This document shows positions 45,115 through 55,684 of a DNA stretch of 64,000 nt, one piece after another. Position 1 is the stretch's first letter. Every line of letters starts with the position of its first letter. A program made the translations under genes and the position numbers. This DNA comes from an uncultured Candidatus Peribacteria bacterium (GTDB taxonomy: Bacteria; Patescibacteriota; Gracilibacteria; Peribacterales; Peribacteraceae): assembly GCA_964466635.1 (NCBI GenBank), contig CAYXNG010000002.1:1832-65831 (forward strand), in the 5' to 3' direction. The notes below the pieces were generated by a model, which saw nothing but the letters and a program-made list of their open reading frames with translations, searched no databases and was not told the DNA's origin.

Positions 45115-46542
45115 ATGCACACCTTCAACCCGCTGCGCTCCGTCTGGTCCATCGTACGCATAACAGCGGCGCCGCTCCTGATTGTCGCGGTAACCGTCGG
45201 ACTCGGGTTTGTATTTCACTTGCGCGGTGAGCAGGTTGTCGAACAGCAGTTGCGTGAACGGATGCTCAGTACCGTCGCGATCGCGGCCTTACAAATGGAT
45301 GCGCGGCTGATCGAGCAGGTGCGTACCGATAGGGACGTTTCCAAACAGGCATACAAGACCCTTGTCGGGCAGCTGAAAACTATCCGTGCATTGTCGCCAC
45401 ACACGAGGTTCGCCTACATCATGCGGCGTACCGATGATCCTCTAAAACTTTCGTTCGTTGCTGATGCCGACGCACTGTCGTCGGATAAGGAATTGGATGT
45501 GAACGGCAACGGAACCGTCGATGACGATGAAGTGCCGGGATACCCCGGTGATCTGTATCCCATCAGTGATTCATCTGCACTCCGTGATGTTGCTTTCCGT
45601 GAAGCCGTCGTGGAACGCGATATTACCGAGGATCAGTGGGGACGTCTCATTTCCGCATACGCGCCGATCAAAAACGCTCAGGGCGAAACGGTCGCGATTC
45701 TCGGAATGGACATGAAAGCCGATGAATTTTTCCGCATGACCAACGCGACGTTCTCGATGGTTGCCGTCCTGCTGGTCGCACTTGTCGGTACGTTGCTTGC
45801 GGTCTATATCATGCTCATGGTCCGCGCACGCCATTTCGAGACCTTGCAGCAGCTGGACGTTGAACGGACCGCGCTGCTCGATCTTGCGACGCATCAGCTC
45901 GGCATGCCGCTGGCAACCTTCCGCTGGTGGCTGGAAATTCTGAAGGAACGAGATAACGGACAGTTCTGCAAACGCGGCGATGTATGCGATCAGCTCCAGG
46001 AGGGAATTAATCGGATGGACAGCATCATTCGCGGCCTGCAGCGGGCCGGCGGCCTGAAAGAGAAAGAGTTCACGTCCGTGTCGGACAGTGCGTCCATTTC
46101 CGATGTCACGAAAGCAATCCAGACCGATCTGAAAAAGACGTTCGGCTTGCGTGCGCAGACTGTGCGCATCGATCTACCCAAGAAGCTCCCCCGTGTCCGT
46201 CTGGATACGCAACTGTGCACGGGCATGCTGCGCGAACTTCTGGAGAACGCGTCATTCTACTCTCCACGCAAATCGCGCATTGAATTGAAAGCACGTGCCG
46301 TTCGTGGCAACGTGGAAATAAGCGTGACCGATCACGGTTACGGCATTCCGCAGGAAGATCTGCCTGGCATTTTCCAGCAGTTCAAACGCGGATCGAACGC
46401 ATCGAAATACAAACCGGCTGGTAACGGTCTGGGCCTCTACATCGTTCGACGCATTGTCGAGCGTGCACGGGGAAAGATCCGTATCCGAAGCGAATTGAAC
46501 AAAGGCACGACGGTTGTCGTTCTTCTCCCTGCCGCCGCATGA
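45115..46542 (+). CDS. Sensor histidine kinase
   Basis: TM, sensor domain, TM, H-box LATHQLGMPLATF, and HATPase_c motifs (LLENASFYS, DHGYGIP, GNGLGLYIVRRIV). Confidence 0.85.
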   Translation: MHTFNPLRSVWSIVRITAAPLLIVAVTVGLGFVFHLRGEQVVEQQLRERMLSTVAIAALQMDARLIEQVRTDRDVSKQAYKTLVGQLKTIRALSPHTRFAYIMRRTDDPLKLSFVADADALSSDKELDVNGNGTVDDDEVPGYPGDLYPISDSSALRDVAFREAVVERDITEDQWGRLISAYAPIKNAQGETVAILGMDMKADEFFRMTNATFSMVAVLLVALVGTLLAVYIMLMVRARHFETLQQLDVERTALLDLATHQLGMPLATFRWWLEILKERDNGQFCKRGDVCDQLQEGINRMDSIIRGLQRAGGLKEKEFTSVSDSASISDVTKAIQTDLKKTFGLRAQTVRIDLPKKLPRVRLDTQLCTGMLRELLENASFYSPRKSRIELKARAVRGNVEISVTDHGYGIPQEDLPGIFQQFKRGSNASKYKPAGNGLGLYIVRRIVERARGKIRIRSELNKGTTVVVLLPAAA

Positions 46543-47951
46543 CGTTCCGCGCGCATGTTCGCCTTTGGCCAGTCATTATCTCATCCGTTCTTGTCAGTGC
46601 GGCTATCTCGATGACCGGCTTCTATTTCTTCGTACATGCACAGAACGTGTTGCAGAGCCAGCTGCGCGGCAGACTCGTAGCGATTGCCGGAGCGGCCGCG
46701 CTCTCACTCGACGGTGAGGAAATCGATCGGATTCAGTCCGCAGGCGATATCGACAGTCCGGATTATCGCGCACTTGTCGACCATCTGCAGAAGCTTCGAC
46801 TTGCGACCGGCGTACGTTTCATTTACGTGATGCGCCGCACCACCGATCCGTACACACTCGAATTCGTCGGCGATGCCGACGGCGCACTCAGCGCGGATGA
46901 ACTCGATGTCAACAATAACGGCGTCGTCGAACCTGATGAAGAAGCGGGTTATCCGGGCGATCTCTACGATATTTCGGACACGCTGATACTGCAGAACGAA
47001 GCATTCACACACGCGGTCGCGGACCCCGACACGAGCACCGATCAATGGGGAACGCTGGTCTCCGGTTATGCCCCGATTTACCGGGATGACGGCAGCGTCA
47101 GCGCCATAGTGGGCGTCGACTATCGCGCCGAGGATTTTTACCGCATGTCGCAGCGCATCTTCTCCGTCGACGCATTGGTCGCGGTAATTCTGCTTGCCAC
47201 TGTCATGGGCGGCGGCATCGTCGTTCTATGGGAGCGCCGGCGCATCATGATTCTGCAGCGCATCAACAGTGAACGGTCCGGCCTTCTGCGTCTGACGTTC
47301 CATCAACTTGGTGAGCCGCTGACCATCATGAAATGGTCGCTGGAAACACTCCGCGACGAAACCGATAACCATGAGCTCAAACACCTGGTGAACGATCACG
47401 TGCAGTGCATGGACGAAGGTCTCGGTCGTCTGAACAGCATCATCGATACGTTGCAGCTGGCGGAAAAAATCGATCTCGATACGCTCGATTATCTGCCGAC
47501 TCCCGGCTCTCTGCGGGCGCTGATCGACAACACCAGGAACGAGTGGGATTCGTCTCTGCGCGCGCACAACATCACGCTGAACCTGATCATGAGTGACGAC
47601 ATCCGTTTGCCGATGGATGCAAACCTGATGCAGCTTGTTCTGAGGCAGCTGGTCGTGAACGCAATCGAGTATTCAAAAGAGGGTTCGACCATCGATCTGC
47701 GTGTCTTCAAAAACCACAGCGACGTTAAAATCGAAATCGAAGATCACGGTTGCGGCATTCCTGCCAAAGACATGGAGCACCTCTTCGAGAAATACCGCCG
47801 TGCCGGAAACGCTCATCTCAGCAAACCGGATGGCAACGGACTCGGACTCTACATTGCCCGGGGCATCATACGAAAGGCAGGCGGGCATATTTGGATTGAG
47901 AGCGTCGAAGGCAGAGGCACGACGGTCCACTTCACGTTGCCGCTCGCGTAA
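46539..47951 (+). CDS. Sensor histidine kinase, paralogue of the preceding gene
   Basis: Same architecture. H-box LTFHQLGEPLTIM, then DHGCGIP and GNGLGLYIARGII. 4-nt overlap with the previous gene. Confidence 0.85.
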   Translation: MTFRAHVRLWPVIISSVLVSAAISMTGFYFFVHAQNVLQSQLRGRLVAIAGAAALSLDGEEIDRIQSAGDIDSPDYRALVDHLQKLRLATGVRFIYVMRRTTDPYTLEFVGDADGALSADELDVNNNGVVEPDEEAGYPGDLYDISDTLILQNEAFTHAVADPDTSTDQWGTLVSGYAPIYRDDGSVSAIVGVDYRAEDFYRMSQRIFSVDALVAVILLATVMGGGIVVLWERRRIMILQRINSERSGLLRLTFHQLGEPLTIMKWSLETLRDETDNHELKHLVNDHVQCMDEGLGRLNSIIDTLQLAEKIDLDTLDYLPTPGSLRALIDNTRNEWDSSLRAHNITLNLIMSDDIRLPMDANLMQLVLRQLVVNAIEYSKEGSTIDLRVFKNHSDVKIEIEDHGCGIPAKDMEHLFEKYRRAGNAHLSKPDGNGLGLYIARGIIRKAGGHIWIESVEGRGTTVHFTLPLA

Positions 47952-49346
47952 TCACGCATCCGCGTGCACGGTCTCTTCCACTTCTTTGAAGTCGAACGTG
48001 TCCAATTTCGACCAGATCCAGAAGTAGCCGACCACTGATGCGACGATGTTCCCCGCGGCAATCGATGCCCAGATGCCGATGATCGGGAGCCCGAACACGA
48101 TGGTCAGAATGTAGGACAGTGGAAGCGAGATGACGATGAAACGCAGGAACATGATCCAGAATCCCGGCCACGATTTGCCGATGGCCTGGAACGCACTGGC
48201 TTCCACCATCATCGCCGCGAGGAAGAAGTAGCTGAACGAGACGACGCGCATGTACTGCAGCGCATAGTCCGTCACAACGGGGTCTGTCGTGAACGCACCG
48301 ACGATCTGCGGGGCGAACACCGCGACGATAATGCCGAGGACCAGTGCGATGCCTGACGAATATTTCAGTGCCGTGCGCAACACCTGCTTCGCGCGGTCCA
48401 GTTTCTCCGCGCCGATGTTCTGTCCCATCATCGCCATGGCGCCGAAGCCGAATCCGACAGCGGGCAGATACGCGAAGAACTCAATGCGGAATCCGAGACT
48501 CATCGCAATCGCTCCGGCCTCCTGAAACGCCTGACCGCTGACCAGCGTCAGCACGGCCAGACCGATCGGGTTGATGATCTGCGTGATGGCAGCCGGCAAA
48601 CCGATCTGCAGCACTTTCTTGACGGACTCCCAGCGGAAACTGAGATTCCTGAAATGGAACTGCACCGAGCGTTTCGGGCGGGAGAGTGCATACAGCGCGA
48701 CGACGATGAATACCGCCTGCGAAATGAGGGTCGCGTATGCCGCTCCGCTGATGCCCAGTGCCGGTGCGCCCCACCAGCCGAAAATCAGGACGGGGTCGAG
48801 CACGGTGTTGACCAGGGTCGAGAGTGCGAACAGTTTCGTCAGCGTGAACGTGTCGCCCTGCGCGTTGAAGGCGAACATGATGGTGACGAGAATGAAGAAC
48901 AGAACCGATCCCGCCGCGGTAATGGTGAAGTACTCCAGTGCCGGCTGGAAAATATCGCCGCTGGCACCGGATATCGTCAGCAGGGGATTGCGGAACACCA
49001 GCGCGATGGCCGTGAAGAACAGCGCGACGATCGTCATCAATACGAATGACTGTCCTAGCACGCGCTCAGCTCCTTTCTTGTTTTTTGCTCCGATGTCCAT
49101 CGACATCACCACGCCCGATCCGATCGTGACACCGAACCCGAGTGAGATCATCAAAAACAGCGTGATCTGCGAAATGCTGACTGCGGCAATCGCCTCCGGT
49201 GACAGCTTGCTGACCCAATACGCGTCGACGAGGTTATACAGCGTATAGAAGAACACCGAGAGCATCATCGGCCACGACAGCGACCAGAGTTGTGTGCCGA
49301 TAGGGCCTTTGGTCAGGTCGGTTCCGGTGTGCTCGGTATGTTCCAT
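47952..49346 (-). CDS. MATE family efflux transporter
   Basis: LWSLSWPMMLSVFFYTLYNLVDAYWVSKL and 12 hydrophobic segments. Start set at MEHTEHTG (49346). Confidence 0.85.
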   Translation of the reverse strand: MEHTEHTGTDLTKGPIGTQLWSLSWPMMLSVFFYTLYNLVDAYWVSKLSPEAIAAVSISQITLFLMISLGFGVTIGSGVVMSMDIGAKNKKGAERVLGQSFVLMTIVALFFTAIALVFRNPLLTISGASGDIFQPALEYFTITAAGSVLFFILVTIMFAFNAQGDTFTLTKLFALSTLVNTVLDPVLIFGWWGAPALGISGAAYATLISQAVFIVVALYALSRPKRSVQFHFRNLSFRWESVKKVLQIGLPAAITQIINPIGLAVLTLVSGQAFQEAGAIAMSLGFRIEFFAYLPAVGFGFGAMAMMGQNIGAEKLDRAKQVLRTALKYSSGIALVLGIIVAVFAPQIVGAFTTDPVVTDYALQYMRVVSFSYFFLAAMMVEASAFQAIGKSWPGFWIMFLRFIVISLPLSYILTIVFGLPIIGIWASIAAGNIVASVVGYFWIWSKLDTFDFKEVEETVHADA

Positions 49347-49434
49347 AGAGGAAAAAGAGGAAGAAATGAACCTGGAGTATATCCAGACGGATGAGCAGTG
49401 CAACAGTGGCATGTTCTTCTGATATTCTTTCTGC

Positions 49435-49947
49435 ATGCGTGCAAAGCCCGTCACCGTGCATGTCGATGACCTGATGCAGCAGGCGACCTACGTGTTAACC
49501 GAACCGGAAGGAAAAAATTTCGATCCGCGGTTCAAGCCGGACCTGACGCCCAAGCAGATGCTGGAGCTGGGGGTCTTCGGCGGAAAGTACATGACCGATT
49601 GCCGCGATGAGTTCCCCAAAGACTGGTTTACCAATGCGAAGCTGTGTCACGAGAAGCACGATCCAAAACTGAATTTCTTCGGGGTGAATGCCAGTCAGCC
49701 GCTTTCGGTATGGCGGAAGAACGGATGGATTCACCCCGCTGATCCGCGCGGATGGTTTCAGTGGTATTGCCGGTACTACATGGGGCGGAGAATGGGGGAG
49801 GAGGACGAGCGGCAGATCAAACGGTGGGTCGCCATCAAGCGGCACATTACGCAGATCAAAAAGAACTGTGCGCCGGGAGATTTATCATGTCGAAGACGGC
49901 AGCGGCAGGCTGTGCTGCATTGGGGATATGACAGTCGGAAGATGTAG
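49435..49947 (+). CDS. Conserved-looking hypothetical cytoplasmic protein
   Basis: 170-aa ORF with a Trp/Arg-rich motif GWFQWYCRYYMGRR. I do not recognise the family. Confidence 0.5.
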   Translation: MRAKPVTVHVDDLMQQATYVLTEPEGKNFDPRFKPDLTPKQMLELGVFGGKYMTDCRDEFPKDWFTNAKLCHEKHDPKLNFFGVNASQPLSVWRKNGWIHPADPRGWFQWYCRYYMGRRMGEEDERQIKRWVAIKRHITQIKKNCAPGDLSCRRRQRQAVLHWGYDSRKM

Positions 49948-49983
49948 CTTTCGATTTTGCAATATTTTACTATACTTTCACAG

Positions 49984-50763
49984 ATGAAGCCCAATAGTTT
50001 TGCTACCGGCTTTCTTGCAGGTGCGCTTATCGGTTTTCTTGGAATTGCCGTGACAATCCTTGGGACCTCTAATCGGATGATGATTTTGGAAGATAGGTTA
50101 TCTCGACTTGTCGATATGAATGATGCGAAGCAACGACAAATTCATGAACTTCGAAGTGTCAATGAGCATTTGGAACAGAATCAGGATTACGAATTCATGC
50201 AGGAGCAGCGATTAGTGAACTTGGCTGAATCAAAACAGATCGCAGAGGCTTTCACCTCTTTTGATGGTGAGGTTACGCAGTACAAGAACGAAGAGTTAGG
50301 ATTCACCATGTCCTATCCGGCAGCATGGGGAAAGTTGAGTATCAGCATTAACACACCGGACACAATGGAAAGAATTGAGAGTGGCAAGTTGGTAAGCGGA
50401 CGTTTCAGTCACAAAAATATTTCTTTCGGTGCCTACTCTGCTGATTATCAAGACATCGGTCGTGGCTTCACCACTGCAGAGGCGATTTTCGCAACTTCAA
50501 ATCCCGAGGCTGGCAATCCGGCAATGGACCAAGCAAAGCCCGATGACATCCGGATCTTGGAGTCTGGTGCAAAAGTCTACATGTGGTACGCATGGGAAGT
50601 AGGATGGGACACAGGTGAAACAGTATTTGGCATAAAAGTACCCCTTCTTCATCCGGATATTCCCGCACTGGGCATTGCCGGCCCTATTTCCAATGACGTA
50701 TTGACCGAGGAGGAGATTGCAGGATTTTTGGAGATGGCACGGACGTTTGAGCTTATTCGTTGA
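49984..50763 (+). CDS. Membrane-anchored hypothetical protein
   Basis: Start at MKPNSFATGFLAGALIGFLGIAV (TM), then a coiled-coil segment and a C-terminal globular domain. Confidence 0.45.
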   Translation: MKPNSFATGFLAGALIGFLGIAVTILGTSNRMMILEDRLSRLVDMNDAKQRQIHELRSVNEHLEQNQDYEFMQEQRLVNLAESKQIAEAFTSFDGEVTQYKNEELGFTMSYPAAWGKLSISINTPDTMERIESGKLVSGRFSHKNISFGAYSADYQDIGRGFTTAEAIFATSNPEAGNPAMDQAKPDDIRILESGAKVYMWYAWEVGWDTGETVFGIKVPLLHPDIPALGIAGPISNDVLTEEEIAGFLEMARTFELIR

Positions 50764-50814
50764 ATTCACTCATCTCTCCCGCGCTTACCAACCGCTGCGA
50801 GATGGTGGTCTGCA

Positions 50815-51063
50815 TTATTTCTTGTTTCGTTTGTTCAGAACCCATTGCACCGACGGGCTGATCTTCTTGTCCGTCCGGTGAATGCATCCTATCCAGCAGC
50901 ACGGCCGGCGTTTCCCTTCCAGTAGCTCTTCCTGCAATCGCCGCAGGTGATCTTTCCGTGTTTCCTCCTGCTTCACCATCGTCACCCAGCAGATCCATTC
51001 GTTCCGTGCGAGGGGCGTGAGACTGTTCCATTTCTCCAGCACGTCCGCATGCGCGACGAGCAC
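50815..51063 (-). CDS. YdeI/OmpD-associated family small protein
   Basis: LTPLARNEWICWVTMVKQEETRKDHLRRLQEELLEGKRRPCCWIGCIHR pattern. Confidence 0.6.
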   Translation of the reverse strand: MLVAHADVLEKWNSLTPLARNEWICWVTMVKQEETRKDHLRRLQEELLEGKRRPCCWIGCIHRTDKKISPSVQWVLNKRNKK

Positions 51064-51128
51064 ATCGCGCAGATCATCGGGTACGTCGTGGACAACGCCG
51101 GTGGCAATGGTCTTGTCTGGCAGAGGGG

Positions 51129-52769
51129 TTACGGGGAAACGTGCAACATCCCCATCATCCCATTACTGAGATGTTCCGCAATATGACAGTGGAACATCCA
51201 GTCACCGGGGTTGGAGATGTCCAGCAGAATATCGACCGTGTGCCCCGCGGGGACGAGTGTCGTATCTTTCCAGACGAGGTTGTCGTTCTTTACGCCGTTG
51301 TCCGATAGCACGAGGAACCTCTGGCCGTGGAAGTGGATCGGGTGCTGCATCGGGTGCGGTGAATCTTTCGCATTCACGATGCGGATTTTCAGCTTGTCGC
51401 CGACCTTTGCGGTCCAGAGCAGATCTTTATTCGATTTTCCGGTTGCTGTATCCACCAGTCTCCACTGCATCATGCTGCCCATCGGCATCTCGTTCATCGC
51501 GGCGTCTTCCCATTCAATACCGTCTGCGGGGATGGCACCGGCCATATTCATGCCACCCATCTGTGGTGAGCCTGTCGAATCCATTCCACCATGCATCGAC
51601 ATGGTCAGTGCCAGCGTGTGGTCCACTTCTTTATCGAACGACGACCGGAAGGGGTCGATGCTCTGCACAACATCTGCATGTGTCCGCAGTGTCTTGAATG
51701 CTGTCAGCCGGTCTTCGCCGATCACTCCGCCGACAATGGTAGCCGAGAGAACAGGTGTCGGAGAGGCGGGGTCATCCGCTTCCACCAGCGTAACTGTGCG
51801 TGTTGCGGGGTTGCCGGTGTTCACGTCGTCATCCCAGAAATACACCTCGGCAATCACGCGTTCCGACGGAGACAGAATGTAGCTGTCGGTGAAAAATTCT
51901 TTCTCGTAGCGGCCGCTGTCTCCCCCGACAATTTTCAGCAGGCTGCCCTGCGGTTGCACCAGGCGGTAGGTGCGCGTGTTCGATGCATTTACCATCGAAA
52001 ACCGGACGACGGTTCCCAGTCCTGCCTCTACGGGTCGCGGTGTGTCGCCGTTGACGAGGAACGTATTGCCGAAGCGGCCCATCAGGGTGCGGTCCGCCGC
52101 GTCCGATCCGTACGCAACAGGCATGCCGTCATCATCCAGCAGAATGTCGTCGAGAATAACAGTTTGCTCCTCATCGACAGAGGCATAGGCATCCGCTTTT
52201 TCCGGTGTCACCTGAATGAGACCGTAGAGCCCCATGTCCTGCTGAATGTCTTCGCGGACGTGCGGGTGGTACCAGTAGATGCCTTCATCCGGCACCGTGA
52301 TGGTGTAGGTATAGCTGTCGTCCGGTTCGATTGGCGGCTGCGTCATGCCGACTGCGCCGTCCGAGGCGTTATCCAGACGCAGGCCGTGCCAGTGAATGGC
52401 CGTCGACAGATCGATATTGTTCTTCACCTTCACGGTAAAGGTCGAACCCTGTTTCACTCTCAGCGTCGGGCCTGGAATCTGTCCGTTGTAGCCGTACATC
52501 GCGATGTCTTTTCCATTGATGTTTTTGCGGACGATGGTGGGGTTGAGCTCGATCGTGTCGCCGTCTTCGACGGAGATCACGTCTGTGTCCGTCGCTTCGG
52601 GGAGCGATGAAACGTCCTGACCGTCAGCGGGGAGGAACGATGCCGATTCGGTATCGTCGCCCATCATCATCCCGCCGTGACCCATTGCGGAATGGTCCAT
52701 GGTCGTCGTCGGTGTGCAGGCAGCGAGGACAAACGTGCCGGTGATACTAAGAAGCGTGCGGGTGTTCAT
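51129..52769 (-). CDS. Multicopper oxidase (lipoprotein, Met/His-rich N-terminus)
   Basis: Cu-site motifs [33 protein letters not shown]. Lipobox FVLAAC. Confidence 0.9.
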   Translation of the reverse strand: MNTRTLLSITGTFVLAACTPTTTMDHSAMGHGGMMMGDDTESASFLPADGQDVSSLPEATDTDVISVEDGDTIELNPTIVRKNINGKDIAMYGYNGQIPGPTLRVKQGSTFTVKVKNNIDLSTAIHWHGLRLDNASDGAVGMTQPPIEPDDSYTYTITVPDEGIYWYHPHVREDIQQDMGLYGLIQVTPEKADAYASVDEEQTVILDDILLDDDGMPVAYGSDAADRTLMGRFGNTFLVNGDTPRPVEAGLGTVVRFSMVNASNTRTYRLVQPQGSLLKIVGGDSGRYEKEFFTDSYILSPSERVIAEVYFWDDDVNTGNPATRTVTLVEADDPASPTPVLSATIVGGVIGEDRLTAFKTLRTHADVVQSIDPFRSSFDKEVDHTLALTMSMHGGMDSTGSPQMGGMNMAGAIPADGIEWEDAAMNEMPMGSMMQWRLVDTATGKSNKDLLWTAKVGDKLKIRIVNAKDSPHPMQHPIHFHGQRFLVLSDNGVKNDNLVWKDTTLVPAGHTVDILLDISNPGDWMFHCHIAEHLSNGMMGMLHVSP

Positions 52770-55120
52770 AAACGGGCGAAGAAAAGGAAGAAGGCCGTGA
52801 AGACGACGGTCATCACGACGGGGGCGATATCGGACAGCCAGTTGCGGCGGTCCGGATGAAAGCCGCGGAGAAGCAGAGAGTTGGCGACAACGGAGACGGA
52901 ACTCATCGCCATCGCAAGGCCCGCGAGTTCGGGGCGGAGAATAATGCCGAGTCCGGCAAACATGCGCGTCGCGATGGGAATGCCGATGACGTTGTAGAAG
53001 AGCGCGAAGAACAGGTTCTGGCGGATCTTGCTGACGGTCGCGCGGCTCAGACGGATCGCGTTGCCGACGTCGTCGATGTTGTTGCTCACGAGAACCACGC
53101 CGCCGGTTTCCATCGCGATATCGGTTCCCGACCCCATGGCGATGCCGAGATCTGCTTGTGCGAGAGCGGGTGCATCGTTGATGCCGTCGCCGACCATCGC
53201 GACTGTTTTTCCTGCTGACTGCAGTTTCTTGATCTCCTCCGCTTTGTGCTCGGGCAGCACTTCGGCAAGCACGGTTTCGATGCCGGCCTGTGCAGCGATC
53301 GCTTTTGCCGTCCGTTCGTTATCGCCGGTCATCATGATGACGGACAATCCCATCTTCTTCAGACGGGCGACTGCGTCTTTCGATGTCGGCTTCAGCGTAT
53401 CGGCGACTGCGATCATGCCGATCAATTGCGTTCCCTGCGCCAGCAGCATCACGGTTTTTCCTTCTCCCTCCAGTTTTTGCATCACATCGGCTGCAGTCGC
53501 GATGTCGATGTTCTCGCGTTCCATCAAGCGGCGGTTACCGAAGACGTACCGTTTACCATCGATCGATCCTTCGATGCCGTGACCGGGGATGGCAGTGAAT
53601 GCCGTGCTCTCACTCAGCGTGAGCCCCTTCGACGTCGCATGCTTCACGATGCTTTCCGCGAGCGGATGTTCGGAGCCCTGCTCGAGTGATGCGGCGATGC
53701 GCAGGAGATCCTCGGCCGATCCATCTATTGCATGAATGTCCGTGACAGCCGGCTTGCCGACCGTGAGCGTGCCCGTTTTATCGAACACGATCGTGTCGAT
53801 GGATTTGGCTGCTTCCAGTGGTTCACCGCCGCGGATGAGAATTCCCTGCTCCGCTCCTTTGCCGGTCGCCACCATAATCGCCGTCGGCGTTGCGAGACCC
53901 AGCGCGCACGGACAGGCGATAACGAGCACCGACACGCCCGCGAGCAGCGAGAAGGTGACACCTGCGCCGAGGATCATCCAGACGACGAACGTGACGAACG
54001 CGATGGCGACGACCAGCGGCACGAACCACGATGATACCCAGTCGGCAAAATCCTGAATCGGGGCTTTGGATCCCTGTGCTTCTTCGACGAATTTGATGAT
54101 CTGCGCGAGTGCGGTATCGGCGCCGATTTTCTCCGCGCGGAATTCAATAGATCCGTTCTTGTTGATCGTCGCACCGACGACACGATCCCCTTCTTTCTTC
54201 TCGACGGGGATGCTCTCGCCGGTCAGCATCGATTCATCGACCGATGTGAGGCCTTTGAGGACCACGCCGTCGACGGGAATTTTTTCACCAGGGCGGACGA
54301 CGACGATGTCGCCGACGTTCACCTCTTCCACGGGGATGTCGATTGTCTGGCCATCGCGGATGACACGGGCGGTTTTTGCCTGCAGCCCCATCAGTTTCTG
54401 AATGGCTGCGCTCGTCGCACCCTTCGCCCGCGACTCCAGCCACTTGCCGAGAAGGACGAAGGTGATGAGGAACGCGGCGACTTCAAAATACAGGTCGTGC
54501 ATGCCGCCGATGACAGTCCTCTCGGTAAAAATATGTACAACAAAATTGTACAGACTGTAGAAATACGCGGCGGACGTCCCGATGGAAATCAGGCTGTCCA
54601 TGTTGAACGTATACATCTTCAGGCCGGACCACGTGCTCTGGTAGAACTGCTTCCCGAGCCAGAACTGCACAGGCGTCGAGAGGATCAGCGAGAGGATGCC
54701 CGCATAGTCCATCACCGGGTCCAGAAATGGCATACGAATAAAGGACGCGAGCATGAAGAGTCCCATCGGCGCGCTGAGCACGAGGCCGATCAGGAACTTC
54801 TTCTTATATGCGGCGATTTCCGCCGCGCGTCGCTGCCGGTCCGTCTCGATACCGTGATGACTGTGATCTCCGTGTCCGCCGTGTCCGTGACTCATTCCCT
54901 GCATGTCGCGCACTTCGGCGTTGTAGCCTGCCTTCTTCACGGCTGCGACCATCTGTTCGGGGCTGGCTTTGGATGGATCGAACTTTACGTGCGCTTTCTC
55001 TGACGCGTAGTTCACGTGCGCTTCTTCCACGCCGTCGGTTTTCTTCAGCTGTCGGGTAATTAAAGCGGCGCAGCTGGCGCAGTGCATGCCGGTGATGGAG
55101 AGTGTGCACTGCTCGCTCAT
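52766..55120 (-). CDS. copA: Copper-translocating P1B-type ATPase
   Basis: N-terminal [11 protein letters not shown], then CPC ([11 protein letters not shown]), [15 protein letters not shown]. Start at MSEQCTL (55120), which overlaps the copZ stop by ATGA. Confidence 0.95.
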   Translation of the reverse strand: MSEQCTLSITGMHCASCAALITRQLKKTDGVEEAHVNYASEKAHVKFDPSKASPEQMVAAVKKAGYNAEVRDMQGMSHGHGGHGDHSHHGIETDRQRRAAEIAAYKKKFLIGLVLSAPMGLFMLASFIRMPFLDPVMDYAGILSLILSTPVQFWLGKQFYQSTWSGLKMYTFNMDSLISIGTSAAYFYSLYNFVVHIFTERTVIGGMHDLYFEVAAFLITFVLLGKWLESRAKGATSAAIQKLMGLQAKTARVIRDGQTIDIPVEEVNVGDIVVVRPGEKIPVDGVVLKGLTSVDESMLTGESIPVEKKEGDRVVGATINKNGSIEFRAEKIGADTALAQIIKFVEEAQGSKAPIQDFADWVSSWFVPLVVAIAFVTFVVWMILGAGVTFSLLAGVSVLVIACPCALGLATPTAIMVATGKGAEQGILIRGGEPLEAAKSIDTIVFDKTGTLTVGKPAVTDIHAIDGSAEDLLRIAASLEQGSEHPLAESIVKHATSKGLTLSESTAFTAIPGHGIEGSIDGKRYVFGNRRLMERENIDIATAADVMQKLEGEGKTVMLLAQGTQLIGMIAVADTLKPTSKDAVARLKKMGLSVIMMTGDNERTAKAIAAQAGIETVLAEVLPEHKAEEIKKLQSAGKTVAMVGDGINDAPALAQADLGIAMGSGTDIAMETGGVVLVSNNIDDVGNAIRLSRATVSKIRQNLFFALFYNVIGIPIATRMFAGLGIILRPELAGLAMAMSSVSVVANSLLLRGFHPDRRNWLSDIAPVVMTVVFTAFFLFFARL

Positions 55121-55335
55121 GATGCGGTTGGGTGAACGATGTAATCGGGATTCAATGCTTCTATTTCTTCCTTCCATTGCTGAAAGTTGAACGTGTCATC
55201 GTGCTCGATCGTCACGTTCTTGCTTGCGAGATCCGCATGCGCCGACGTGACACCGGCAATATCTTTACTCACATCTTCAATGAGGCGTGTGCAGCCTTCG
55301 CAGTGAATGCCGGGGATGGAGACGATTGTCTGCAT
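55117..55335 (-). CDS. copZ: Heavy-metal-associated (HMA) domain copper chaperone
   Basis: [21 protein letters not shown]. Confidence 0.85.
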   Translation of the reverse strand: MQTIVSIPGIHCEGCTRLIEDVSKDIAGVTSAHADLASKNVTIEHDDTFNFQQWKEEIEALNPDYIVHPTAS

Positions 55336-55351
55336 AAGGTGGAGGGGAAAT

Positions 55352-55621
55352 TTATCGCTTAGAAAGACCGACGACTTTGATGACTTCGTCGATGAACGCT
55401 GTCTTGTCCTTGTCAGAGTTCAGCTTTTTCGCCGCGCAGGTATGCAGATGCGATTCCAGCACTGCGGCCTGGATATGCTTCAGGTGCCCCTGCATCGCGA
55501 GGGCCAGTTCGAGAATCTGCGCGCAGTACGCGTCATCTTCCACGTCTTTGCGCAGTTTTGCGGTCAGACCTTCGAGGCGGCGGATGGCGCTGAGTGTTTT
55601 TTTCTTCGCGTCTTCTTTCAT
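55352..55621 (-). CDS. csoR: CsoR/RcnR-family metal-sensing repressor
   Basis: IRRLEGLTAKLRKDVEDDAYCAQIL...ESHLHTC (C-H-C ligand pattern). Confidence 0.85.
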   Translation of the reverse strand: MKEDAKKKTLSAIRRLEGLTAKLRKDVEDDAYCAQILELALAMQGHLKHIQAAVLESHLHTCAAKKLNSDKDKTAFIDEVIKVVGLSKR

Positions 55622-55684
55622 AAGAAAAGGGGTAGGGGGTAGGGGTAGTATATCCCCGCCATTTTCCCTGTCAAAGATTTTTTC

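Noticed and set aside
51591-52610. 339-aa plus-strand ORF (and 51211-51882)
   Set aside because: Antisense to the multicopper oxidase, whose four copper-site motifs are unambiguous.
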